A stretch of 64,000 bases of DNA from Monocercomonoides exilis PA203. Taxonomy: Eukaryota; Protista; Preaxostyla. The position numbers were made by a program, and so were the translations under genes. Position 1 is the stretch's first letter; each line of letters opens with the position of its first letter. The DNA lies in the NCBI GenBank assembly GCA_001643675.2, contig LSRY02000034.1, positions 186,001-250,000 on the forward strand. Reading direction: 5' to 3'. The notes beneath the pieces were generated by a model that was not told where the DNA came from, did not search any database, and worked only from the letters and a program-made list of their open reading frames with translations. This document shows positions 51,559 to 63,377 of the stretch, piece by piece.

Positions 51559-51633
51559 GATCAGTCGGTCGAATTGATCAGCCTGTCATATAGATCAGTC
51601 TGTCAATCTGATCAATCTGTCGAATAGATCAAC
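51559..51633 (+). repeat. Subterminal 17-bp tandem repeats, consensus GATCAGTCTGTCRAWW (about 4.4 copies)
   Basis: Units start at 51559, 51576, 51593, 51610 and 51627. Confidence 0.8.
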
Positions 51634-52059
51634 TTTTATTTCAGAAAGCTGATATCATGGAAGTTTCAAATGATTATGATTTCGTTAATTTTTTTCCTCT
51701 TGAATTACAAAATTGTATTAAGACGAAAGAAGTGGTTTGAAAACATTGTTTAATTTGAACAAAAATGAATCGTTTTGATTTTTTTTTCAAAGAGCGATGA
51801 ATTGAGAAAAAAAAAAGATTTGAAAAGAAATAATTGTTCATTTGTTAAGTTGGAATATTCGAAAACCACTAATTTTGGAAAATGTGTAAAAAAGATTTAT
51901 TACGATCAAAAGTCACATCATATCTTTTTCTTCATTAAAAAAAAGATTACAAACACCCCAACAATACAGGTGAAGAAATTGGAAAAGTTCACTTTGAAGT
52001 GAACAACAACAAACTTTGGATAGCATACACTCCAGTCAAAAATGATGGCTCGTTAAAAA

Positions 52060-54803
52060 AAGGATGGCCACATATACTATTTATGTCCTAACAGCAAGCA
52101 AGGAGTCGATTGCGGGATATGTGGAAGGAAAGGAAGCGAAAGGATATGCAATCATCAATGTTCTCTGTTGAATAATTCTTGTATCGTTCAATATTTAAAA
52201 TCACCATGTTCTTCAAGCTATCAAACAAATTTTGCAACAAAGAAAATCGTGCCTTATCATTTTCAATATGATTCTTTAATTAGTCTTTTTTTGAAGCTGA
52301 TCAGTCATTGTAATATAGCTTTCTTGTCTGCTTACTCATCGGAATTTAATGCTTTTATTTCAAAATAAAAACAGATCTCACAACAATATCCTTCTTTGTC
52401 AACAGAGTCCATTTTTCCACGTTTAAATCACAGAAAACTCTCTTCAGTCATTCATGATGAAGTGAACAAAATAATCGCTGAAAGGAAAAAAATAATCCAT
52501 AATTCTATGGTTGGAGTGATGATTGATGGAGGAGTTATTGCAAGCTAAAAATATACAGTTATTACAGTAGTCCCATTGAAGGAATTTGCAAAACCATTTT
52601 TTGGAGGATAAATGAAGCTTGCTACACTTCATCAGACTATTTGAAGCTCATTACACAGATTTTAACGGAAATCAGAGATCTTCATGGAGAAGTGCGATGC
52701 TTTTGCACGGATGGTTTGCTTCCTCAACGGAAAGCAATTGAAAGTTTGAGTGAAGAAAATATTACTAAAAACTCTTTATCGATATGCACAGGAACTACTC
52801 CAATATTTGTGTATTGTTGCAATCATCTGCTTAATTTAGTGGTGAGTCATTTTTACAGAAAAAATGAATTCTTTCAAAAATTGAGAGATTCAATAATTAC
52901 ATATTCCAAACAAGTGAAAATCCTTTCTCGAAGAAATCCTTCTATTCTGAAATGCCCCACATTTGTGGAAACCAGATGGCTTTGTCTTTATGACATTTGT
53001 TGTTTCATTGGAAAACATTATCATAATGATTGTTTTTCTGAATTGAAGGAATTAATTTTTGTTGATGATGTGATCAAAAATGAACTACTTTTATTTCCTC
53101 TTAAAGAACTTCAGTTGTTCTTTGAAAAGGAAGAAATCAAGTTAGGTGATATTTTCCCTGAGATATTGAAGGCATTTGCACGGTTCATTTGGGTGCAAGA
53201 GCTGGCAGAGTTTTCCGATGAAAACTGGCGATCTGGTTTACGTCAAATCATAATTCTTTTATTTAATTTTTTCTTGGCAGGAAATCGAGGGAATATTATT
53301 TCTTTAGCCTTCTCTTTGACACCAACAGGAAGAAATCTTTATCAAGCAGGATCATTTTCCGAAACATTCTGCTCAGAATTGTGCAGGTTAAAAGAAGGAT
53401 ATAAACTGGCTTTTTCAGTGGAAACTGCTTGTTCGATTTCCAAACACGTTGATTCAAATAATGAATTACAACATTCTGATATGAATATTACGAACAAAGC
53501 AGATTCATCAAAATCCCAGGGTCGCGAACACTTATTTAAGTCAATTTCACCCTCATTTTCGTCATTTTACTCCAATGCAATTTCTTCTTCATCATCTTCT
53601 TCCTCTTCCTCTCCCTCTTCCTCTCCTTCCACTTCTCCTTCCTTTCCTTCCATTCCATCAAAACAATCAACTTCTTCTCCTTCTTGTTTGAACTCGATTT
53701 CTTTTGAAAATGAAATGGAAACTGATCATCGAAAAATCTGCAAGATGAAAAGAACAGACAAGCAAAATGTATTTCCAAATGAAACTTCAAAGCAAAAAAC
53801 TGTGAAAGATTTGTTCATTGGAAATGATTTATCTTTTCGAAAAATAATGTTTGATGTTCCATCTTCAATGACATATGAATCGAACCCCTTCACAATCGAC
53901 GCATTTTATTCCATTCTTCGTTCGTTGAATCCTGAACCTTGCGAAAATAAAAAGCAAACTTCATCGACTCAAAAGGAAAGCAATTCATCTTCTCATATAA
54001 CAATCACTGTTCCAAAGATGGATAACGAGAATCCAGATGACACGCACATTATTCAGTTACTCAAAATAGTATCAGAAAATTCTCCGTTAAGATTTAATGA
54101 ATTTTCTTCAATGGATCAAGAAGAAATTGATGAGGAAGATCTGGATATTTTTGGATTATCACAAGCTGAAAGAGATTCTGAAGAAGACGAATTTCCTGAC
54201 ACTTTTAATTCGTCTTTAACTTTCCAGAAAGAGACCAATACATATTTCACAAGAAAAGAAAGTGAAAAAGAAACCAATGAAATAAGGAGCAAAGAAAGAA
54301 GCGAAGTTGCTGAAATCAATGATGATGACGAATCCTCAGACAATTCTGAAAATGATGATGATCTTCGATTTATTGGCTCAAGTGAATTTATTGAATTTGG
54401 AAAATTGAAAAATATGGATCAGAAACAAATGACAATTAGAAGCATTATCGAAACAATAAAGATGGATTGGTTTATAAGAATGAAAAGTGGATTTCATCAA
54501 TATGCGTCAAATGTTCTTTCAAACCAAAACAAAGAAGTTATGGAACATGTGGAAGCTTTGTATTCTTCTTTTATTTTTGACTGTCATCAGTCTGTTGTGC
54601 TTGATAATTGTTTTGTTTTATTCTCTGAAATTAGTAAACTTGATCATTTTCACTCAATTTTTTCAAACATTTGTTTCGCTTTAATAACTTTCCCCTGTAG
54701 CGAGACTTCTTGCGAGCGACTATTTTCAAGGCTTCGTCGTATCGTGGGGGATAGAAGACACTTTCTTTCATTGGAAATGCTGAATTCTTTGCTTCTTCTT
54801 TGA
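52060..54803 (+). pseudogene. hAT transposase; 5' part disrupted, 720-aa core open
   Basis: Cys-rich BED-like remnant at ~52070-52165; 'VGVMIDGG' (D1), 'FCTDG' (D2), 'YCCNHLLNL' (CxxH), 'ETRW', dimerization domain 'FPCSETSCERLFS..GDRRHFLS'. TAA stops at 52366 and ~52546 and a frameshift near 52600. Confidence 0.85.
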
Positions 54804-55392
54804 AAGTTTTCATTATTTCATTTTATAACATAAATTCAAAACAATTGATTAATTTGTTTTTTTTTAATATTTCAGTTTTTGAAACACTGATAATTATTTA
54901 AGCTCAAATTATCTAAAAGATAATATTCTGAACGTCAATTGAAACAACGATAAAAAACTATTAAATGTTGACTCTTGGAAACAAGCTGCAACTTTCCTCA
55001 AATCGTTAATAAGAAAAAAACGAATTACACAAGTTATTTCTTCATTCTCTTTTTAATGTGATTTTAAATTTGATTTTCATCGATGACAACAACCATTCGT
55101 TGAAAAATAAAAAGTTAGTTGTCATTGGAATGTCATTTCTATCCTGAATAAATCAATCTTAATTTTGATTGATAGATAAATACATTTGAAATTGCATTTC
55201 AAAACTGAAATATCACAAAATCATCACTTAAAAGTTCTCGTTTCCACTTTTAAAGATTCTCATAAGATAATATGAGTTTTTCATTTATTTTGCCTCCTTT
55301 TTTTAAGTTTCAACTTCTTCTCAATTTTTTCATCTCCTCCGTTCAAAACTCTTTGCTGCCTAAAATATGAAATATATTCATTTCGAATAGTT

Positions 55393-56610
55393 TTACACTC
55401 CTCTTTCAAAATTGACTTCTTTTTCTTTCATTCTTTTTCTATCACTTTCACAAATTGCATCTGACATCGTTATCATCACAGCGCCTGTTGGATAACGTTG
55501 AATAAACTCTCTCTTCAGAGGAGTCTGCGATAATCTTTCTAAGGGATCACCTGACAGACACACATTCACCACATTCTTTGAGTGTTTTCTTCTGGATTGC
55601 TTCCAAGTTTGACCTCTCCCCGTTCGCAATCTTCTGCCCAGCAGCTTCTGCTTCGTATTCCCCAAACGGGATCTGCAGCGTCACACACTCCCACACCATC
55701 ATCCCAACAGAAAACACAACCGTCTTCTTCGTCGCATTCTTCGTTGCTCCGCTCAGCAGCTCCGGAGCCTTCCACCTCATGCACTCCTTCCTGTTGTCTT
55801 CCTCATCCTCAAATGCCGATGAGGGCAGAGAATCTCTTTCATCGCCATCATCACTGGTAGATGTCACAACTGTTGAAGAAGAGATGGAGGATGAATCCGA
55901 GTCTGAATCTGATGAACAATTCGAGTGCATCGCAATGCAAATGATCATATGCTCTGAAAACAACACAATGTGTGGACTCAGATTTGTCAGCGATTGAAGT
56001 GGCACTTCGCATTCATCAAATGAATGAAGTGCCCCATTCGCCACCCAGAACAGGATCTGAGCAGCCATCACCTCCCTCTCCTGGAGAGTGCCAATCGCCA
56101 TCTCTTTTGTCTTATTCAGCCCATGAAGCAGCATGAACAGCGAATCCCTCAAGTCAACGATCAGCTTCTCATGAGGAGACGAGCAGGCCATCGCATCCAC
56201 CAGATTCGACATCGACGAGGTGGTTGGACACAGATCCTCCCCTCGAACAAATGTTGAATCTGAATCAGTTGTCGAAGTGGTGATAGTGGACGAAATGGAT
56301 GGAGAAGGAGATCTCTTCCTTATCTCTTCTTCCTCCTCCTTTTCTAAGGTCCAATCAGGGATCTTATCTGAATCCTTTCCCAAAATATATTCTGTTGAGC
56401 CACTCTCGCTCAAAAGATACTCTTCAGACTCCGAATGCACCATCTCCTTCCCATTCATTCTCTTCTTCATCCTCTCTTCGTTCTTCTTCTCTGCCTCTCT
56501 CTCGGCTCTTCTCCACTGCTCCTCAGGTGACATTTCCATTGTAACCATCTCAATCAACTTCGGATCTTTTCTGACGTTGTCATTCACAATCTCTTCCTGT
56601 TTTTCTGAAT
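55393..56610 (-). pseudogene. 5'-truncated cytoplasmic (kinase-like) half of the receptor-like family seen at 29517-30730
   Basis: Long identical peptides shared with the 29517 gene ('MVTMEMSPEEQWRRAEREAEKKNEER', 'FVRGEDLCPTTSSMSNLVDAMACSSPHEKLIVDLRDSLFMLLHGLNKTKEM'). No TM or ectodomain; frameshift near 55580. Confidence 0.88.
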
Positions 56611-56727
56611 TGCTCTATCCGATTTATAAACCAGCTCAAAACATTTTTATAAGAGATTCAATCAATGCAAATTACCATTTTTAAATATCACAACTCAAAC
56701 ATTTGTTTTCAAGTGTGTGATTTTCGC

Positions 56728-57015
56728 AAAAAAAGAAAAGAAAAGAAAAGAAAAAGAAAAAGAAAGAATGAATGAAAGAAAAAGCAGAAAAAGAAGAAAA
56801 AGAAGAAAAAGAAGAAAAAGAAGAAAAAGAAGAAGAAGAAAAAAAAAAGAGAAGAGAAAGCGAAAAGGAAGGAAGAGGAAAAGAAATGGGAAGAAGAGAG
56901 AAAGAAAAAGAAAGAAGAAGAAAAATTAAGAAGAGAAAAAGAAGAAGAAAAAGAAAGAAGAAGAAAAAGAAAGAAAAAGAAAAAGAAGAAGAAGAAGAAG
57001 AAGAAGAAGAAGAAG
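56728..57015. repeat. Polypurine microsatellite tract ((GAAAA)n, (GAAAAAGAA)n, (GAA)n)
   Basis: About 290 bp almost entirely A/G, immediately upstream of the captured fragment. Confidence 0.9.
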
Positions 57016-58443
57016 CAACTTATCGGACAAATGGCTTATAAAATCATTAACCTTTAATGAATATTATTTTTCTTTGTTACAAAAAGCATCAAAAATTAAC
57101 AAACAAAATAAAAAACGTTTTAAAAAAAACAAATATTTGACGAGTAATCTTCAATTTGAACTTCTGAATGTCGAAAGTTCGATTGCAAGGTTCCAATTGA
57201 CTGCTGTTTAAATAACCAATTCTATTGTTGAAATTAACGATTTGATATATTATCTGATTCTGTTTGTTGAAAAAAAAAGAATAAGAACAACAAAATATCA
57301 TCATCTTATAAAAATAATCTTAGATAAAAGAAAAATTGCCTCAAACCTGTTCTGAACAATGTGTTTTTTATAAAACAAATATATTTGAATCTCTTTATTG
57401 ATTGCTTTCTTATTTATGTCTTATATGCAGATATTGCATATCAAGCAATAACATCAAAATTATGAAACAAGAGATAATGAAATAAATGCATATGAACAAA
57501 CAATATCGTTTTATAAATTAATTAACAATAAAAAAGAAAATATTCAAAGTTAAGAGTGCAAAATTTTGCATCAAACTTTTCTCACAAGGAAATTGAACTT
57601 ATTTTCTAATTTGGCGCATAAAAACATAGCTTACAAATCGGATCTCCAACGAATGTATTTCGATCAAATGAATTATAAATTTTTTCGATAATTTTTTATT
57701 CTTTTTTTATTTGAATTAAAAATTAACACAAATTAATTGATAGGAATTCAATAAATTGAGAAAGTTTGCAATAAAAACGATGATAACACACTTTTTGGAT
57801 AATAATTGAGAAATTTAACAATTCGACAACGAAAGACTTATTCGACCGACACAATAATTAAAAAAATGAGTTGTCGCAAAGGCCTAATTGAAAGATTAAT
57901 AAAACAAACAATTTAAGATTTTAATTAATATTCAAATTATTTGTTATGTTGTCATATTTTTTTCTATTTGAAAAGAAAAAGTACAAATAGAATTATTATA
58001 ATAAAATGCACGGTAATCTGATGCAATATCATGCTTTTCAATAATGTTTCATCGGAAGATGATTTTGGAGTTGTGGATAGTTGAATGCTTCAAAAATAAT
58101 ATTGAAGACAATATTATTTAATTCTTTTTTCCGCAAAATATCACTTATATTGTCAGGGATAAAACACGAGATAAGGACAAAACGTGGGATATTCCATTCA
58201 GCTTTTTTTTTTGACACAATTCAACACTTTTGCATAAAAAAATTACAAACTTTCGAGTTTTTCGTGTATTTGGGTGGATCGAATAAGCCAGATGTAAATA
58301 TCTGAATTGAATTTGCATCAAAAATATCAGTTAAAAAAGATTGGCGCTTTAAAAGCAATTGAAAACAAAGCACTGTTGAATAACGTCGAATCATGTTTAT
58401 ATAAGCAAAGAATAAATAATTTGTGACTCACATTAAATTTTTT

Positions 58444-60160
58444 TTAACTGTAATTGAAGATGGATCCCCATTTGCTTTCTGAAGTTAGTTTTCTTTTCCT
58501 TTTTTCACTGGGGAAAAGAATCTCTTTTTTTGATGTATCTTGTTGCTCTTCTCGATCCTTTGAAATATCAGATTGTTCGGCAGAAATATCATCGTGAATA
58601 ATTGTTTTCCTTCCATGATTTTGAAAGTTGACATTTTCAACAGGTCCTGTTTCATTTGAGCTTTTGTCCTTAACATTAGATAATTCCTTCACCTCAGACA
58701 TTGCGCCATCCTGCTTAGTTACTGAGCTATTTGGCTGACTTTTCTTTTTTTTTTTCGAATTGCATGGAAAAGCTTTTGAAATAATTATCTCCTGTTATTA
58801 ATTACATGCTGATACTACTGAAAAGTGAAGAATTGTTTGCCGCTTTTTCAACCATCGATAAGACTTCAATGTTCAGCGGAAGACACTGATATAAGGCTGA
58901 AGTGTCAAATGGGAAAATTCCGCAAACTTCGAATGACTTCCTCGCAATTCGTAAAGAGAGAGTTTCAAACAGCTTCTGATACAGCTGGAATCAATGATTT
59001 CCGGAAAGAATAAATAGACGAATCAGAAGGAACCGTGAATGTTCTTTTAAAGCTGTTTTTGAAATGCACGAATACGAACATGTCCAGCGGATGAGAAAGA
59101 TGTTTTGAATGTGACGGATGAATTAATAAATGGATTAAATGATCTCTGCACCAAGATATCACTGGAAAACTTAGACGAGAGGAATGCCCATCAAGCATAA
59201 TCAAAGCGAAGGAAGACTGTCCATGAAGCTCTACTCTTTTTTCATCAATTTTTGGCAATAATATTTCTATCATAACCTTCACAAAATCTCTTTTTGTCAT
59301 CCAGCCTGTCCCATTTGCCAAACAGTTTATTCGATGATACTTCAATTCCTTTAGATCCTCGGAAATGGTCTGAGAAGGCCATAGCATGATTGGATCAAGT
59401 GTTGTCCCATCTGCAAAAATGGAAAAAAATAATGTTGAATTTTTCTTACGCTGTGCTTCTGGCAAAAAAGCATGTTGAGTTTCTTTTGTGATAACTATTT
59501 CCTCGTCCGACTGCTTCATCAAGATGCCAGTTTCATCCATATTGATAATTAAATCTGATGAAATATTATAATCATCAATCACATTTTTCAACAACGAAAA
59601 CCAATTCCTCATATTTTCAATTGTCGACGCTTGATGGCGATGAAGATCTAAAAAAGTTGGTTTTATTAATTTCAATAATCCACTTTTCTTTATCAACCTG
59701 CGTGCCCATTTTTTGCTGATTTTCCTGGCTTCAGGCGTTGGTGTGCATTCCTTCTTTTTCTTCATTATCACGTTTTCTGACTATCGAAAATGCACTATCA
59801 AAAAATAAAACGAACAAATAGAAACACACGAATCTGATAATGTCTGAAACTGTCAATTTGTTTGTGGATGATATTTGAGCAATTGCACAATCTTCTATTT
59901 CCTCGATTTCTTCTTTATTGAATAGCTCTGGTCTGCCAGCATGATGAGGATCACGCCCTGCATATTTTGAAGCCATATGCCGGTAAATGGAAGAATGAGT
60001 TATAATTTTGTCTTTCACAAGATCTGAAGGTTTGATTCCATCTTGTTTCAGAAGACAGTTAACTATTTCATCGTCTGTTGATAATCTGTCAAACTCTGCT
60101 GAGTCTTTTGTCGGTGAAAATTAATTGAAAGGGGCAGGCGATCATTAGTTTTCTTTTTTC
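58444..60160 (-). pseudogene. pogo/Tigger-type (DDE_1, Tc1/mariner superfamily) transposase, disrupted
   Basis: 'IINMDETG', 'GWMT', 'LIMLDGHSSR', 'HPSHSKHLSHPLD..F..FK'; HTH-like N-terminal fragment with 'GRP'; stops and frameshifts. Confidence 0.85.
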
Positions 60161-60523
60161 ATGTGATTTATGAAAATTTGATCATTCCATTTGATGAAAT
60201 TTATTATTGAAGAGGCAATTATTTCGACATGCATTCAAAGTTTGTGATTAAGAAAGCTTATCCAGAACTGTTTTTTGATTTGGAATAGTTTTCAATTAAC
60301 ATTCAAAAAATCATTCTTAACTAAAGTGTCCTCAGTTTTTTCCCTGACCATATTCAATTGATCCCATTCATTCCTCAATATTGTTATTATTTATCTTATT
60401 TAAAGCATATCGCATGATTTTTGTGCAAGATGAATGACAAGCTTTAATAATTTTTGGTGTCACAATCTTCTGCTCTTACCGATGCGTCATATTCCTATGT
60501 GTCCCTGTGTGAATAATAATAAT

Positions 60524-60582
<59 letters not shown>

Positions 60583-61134
60583 CGAAACGCATCGAGAAAT
60601 ATGTGTAAAAAAAGTCCGGATTTTAAAAAAGAGCTGGCTTATTAATTGTCCAAATAATAAAATATTTTAGTGCTTTAGAAATAAAAAATTTTCCTTATTT
60701 CATTAATCGATTTCATTTGTATATTTCGAATGAATTATAATTTAACTAGAGTTGTTTAGCATTGATTACACAATTATGTTCATTTTGCGCAGACAAGTTT
60801 ATTTTTTAATAACGAATTTGCTATGTATCGCTTTTTTTCATTTTGTATTTTTTGAAAATTCTCTGATCAATTTTTGTGTCCAAAACATTAATAAATGCAA
60901 AAGTGTTCTATATGCTTCATGTCACATTATAAGCTTGCATTAATAACATCCAATTTTTTCATTTCGTCAAATCTTTATCCTTTTTGTAACATTTTCTTTC
61001 TTTTTCACAACACACATAAATCCATTGATTGAACCATCATCCCCAACCTCAACGATCCTTTCACTTCTCTCTCTGCCTTCAATGTCTCTTTTCTTCACCA
61101 AACATGCTCTTCAACCAATGGACCTGTAATTCAT

Positions 61135-62150
61135 GTGGGAAATGAATCTCAAAGAAAGGAATTAAAAAGATTGTCCTTTTCTAATTTGAGAAGCTATCTT
61201 TTTGAATTGCATGAATGGAACGATCCAAATGGTTTGAATGATTATGGAGGTGTTCTGAAAGTCAACTGCACAAACGCAAATCTCGAAATCATTTCTTGTG
61301 CATTCAATAAATGCTCATCTATAAATGGTCATGGTGGAGCATTGAATTGTGAAAGTTTGTTGAAAATAAACATCACAAAATCATATTTCTCACACTGCTC
61401 TACAGTACATGGAGGTGCTGTCAACACGTGGTATAAGCAATCAAATTCTATTTATCATATTTCGGAAAACAGAGTGGAAAAATGTTCAATAACAAACTGG
61501 TGCGGAATTGGTTGGTATTTTTGGATCGGCGATTTTCCATCAAGCGGCCAATTCCTTTTCACCAAATGCCAATGCATTGCAAATTCTGGTGGAGATTCTG
61601 CTGGTTCTCTCACATTTCATAACCCTCCATAAAATAAACCAACTCAGTTTTTGGTCGATGATTGTCAGTTTATCAAAAATGAATTAATCGCCTCTTCCAC
61701 TTATGGAATCGCTGGTATACATTACACCAGTACATTTGATTGGATGAATGAAATAAGATTCATCTCTTTTTGCTTCTTCGATGGCAACACAGCAACAAAT
61801 GGCATGGGAAACGATGTCTTTTTAAATGGCAGCAGTGTCGCTCAATATCCATTCGAGAACTGTGGCTCAACAACTTCAACACAAAGAGTGTGGAATAATG
61901 GAACAGTTGACAATGCAGTGTGCAATGGCTGACTCCCCCTTATTGCCAGAACAAAATCGTTTCCAGCAATGGAACTGATGCAGATGCCTGTGGCAGACCC
62001 CAACAGACTCCATGTGCCACCATCGAGTATGCCCTCACTGGCTTCATTTCCCTCCTCCAAGACTCCACACTCCCTCTCCTTACCTCAATATTTGTTCCCA
62101 TTCAAACACTCACTTACAGCGCAGCTGATACAAAAATCACAGGAAATGAT
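61135..62150 (+). pseudogene. Fragment of a beta-helix-like (GGA-repeat) surface protein family
   Basis: 'YGGVL', 'HGGAL', 'HGGAV', 'GNDVF', 'CG....PCATIEYAL'; in-frame TAA at 61630-32, TGA at 61930-32, and a frameshift. Confidence 0.7.
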
Positions 62151-62380
62151 GAACTTAATCTGTTTTCATCGAAATTTCTTCCATTTTCCATGTCAGAAAA
62201 ATTCATGAACTTTCACAGCTTTTTCAACTGAAGCGTATATCATCATTTATTTTTCTGAACACTTGACTTCCACTCAAAAACTAATATTTCTTTAATTATT
62301 CCCTTTCTGATTTTATTTCTTCATTTTATGATCAAAATTCTCTTTTCTCAAAGAAATCATCTGTTTCTTCTCTTCAATTA

Positions 62381-63377
62381 GTGTGGTTTTTTTATCCGGA
62401 CATTTTTTTTATCCGAACATTTTTTTTCATTGGCGTTTCTCATTAAATAAAAACTGAAAATAGAAAAAGCATATTGAACCAGGTTTGAATACATATTAAA
62501 TGTCCATACAAAAAATTTTTCTTGTTAATTGTTGTTTTTGATGAAGATCTTGGGAATTTTTAATTTATTTTTGATCATTTGTTTTGTCAATTTCACACTT
62601 TCTTTCTTTCTTTGTTTATTTTTAACTATAAGGCGATGAAACACACACAATGAAGTTTTATTATTGCAAATGTTATTTGTCTTTAACTATTTTTTCGATT
62701 GTTTTTCGCATTTCATCATTTTTATGAAAATTTTTGAAAACAGAAAATAAAGAGAGACACAATGTTTATTTTATGTTTCATGTGATGTGCATGAAAAGAA
62801 GACAACTTGTATTGTGTATTAACCATGCTAAAAATTTGTGAAATGTTGTTAATTTCACAACATAAAAAAATTATTGATAAAAACAAATATGCTCATTTCG
62901 TTTTTTGCTTCATTTAACATGACATATAAATTTGTATATTTAAACATTTTTATCTAATTTTCATGATGCTTTGGTTAACAAAAAATAATATGAAATATAT
63001 TTTTTGGAAATTACAGTTTTTCAAAAATTTTCATATAAATGATGAAATGCGAAAAACAATCGAAAAAATAGTTAAAGACAAATAACATTTGCAATAATAA
63101 AACTTCATTGTGTGTGTTTCATCGCCTTATAGTTAAAAATAAACAAAGAAAGAAAGAAAGTGTGAAATTGACAAAACAAATGATCAAAAATAAATTAAAA
63201 ATTCCCAAGATCTTCATCAAAAACAACAATTAACAAGAAAAATTTTTTGTATGGACATTTAATATGTATTCAAACCTGGTTCAATATGCTTTTTCTATTT
63301 TCAGTTTTTATTTAATGAGAAACGCCAATGAAAAAAAATGTTCGGATAAAAAAAATGTCCGGATAAAAAAACCACCC
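62381..63377. mobile_element. ~1-kb foldback element with ~360-bp near-perfect TIRs and TA flanks
   Basis: 62381-62741 is the reverse complement of 63016-63377; TA at 62379-80 and 63378-79; two TTATCCG(G/A)ACA motifs at each end; no ORF. Confidence 0.9.

Larger units (their letters stand above)
51347..57886 (+). mobile_element. hAT-superfamily transposon (6.5 kb) with transposase and captured host-gene fragment
   Basis: TIRs TAGATCTTTGCGACA (51347-61) / TGTCGCAAAGGCCTA (57872-86), 13/15 match; identical 8-bp TSD ATTGAAAG at 51339-46 and 57887-94. Confidence 0.92.

Noticed and set aside
51559-51633. CRISPR-like array
   Set aside because: Contiguous 17-bp units without unique spacers, no cas genes, eukaryotic context; explained as hAT subterminal repeats.
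56717-57041. Lys/Arg/Glu-rich ORFs
   Set aside because: Translation of a polypurine microsatellite.
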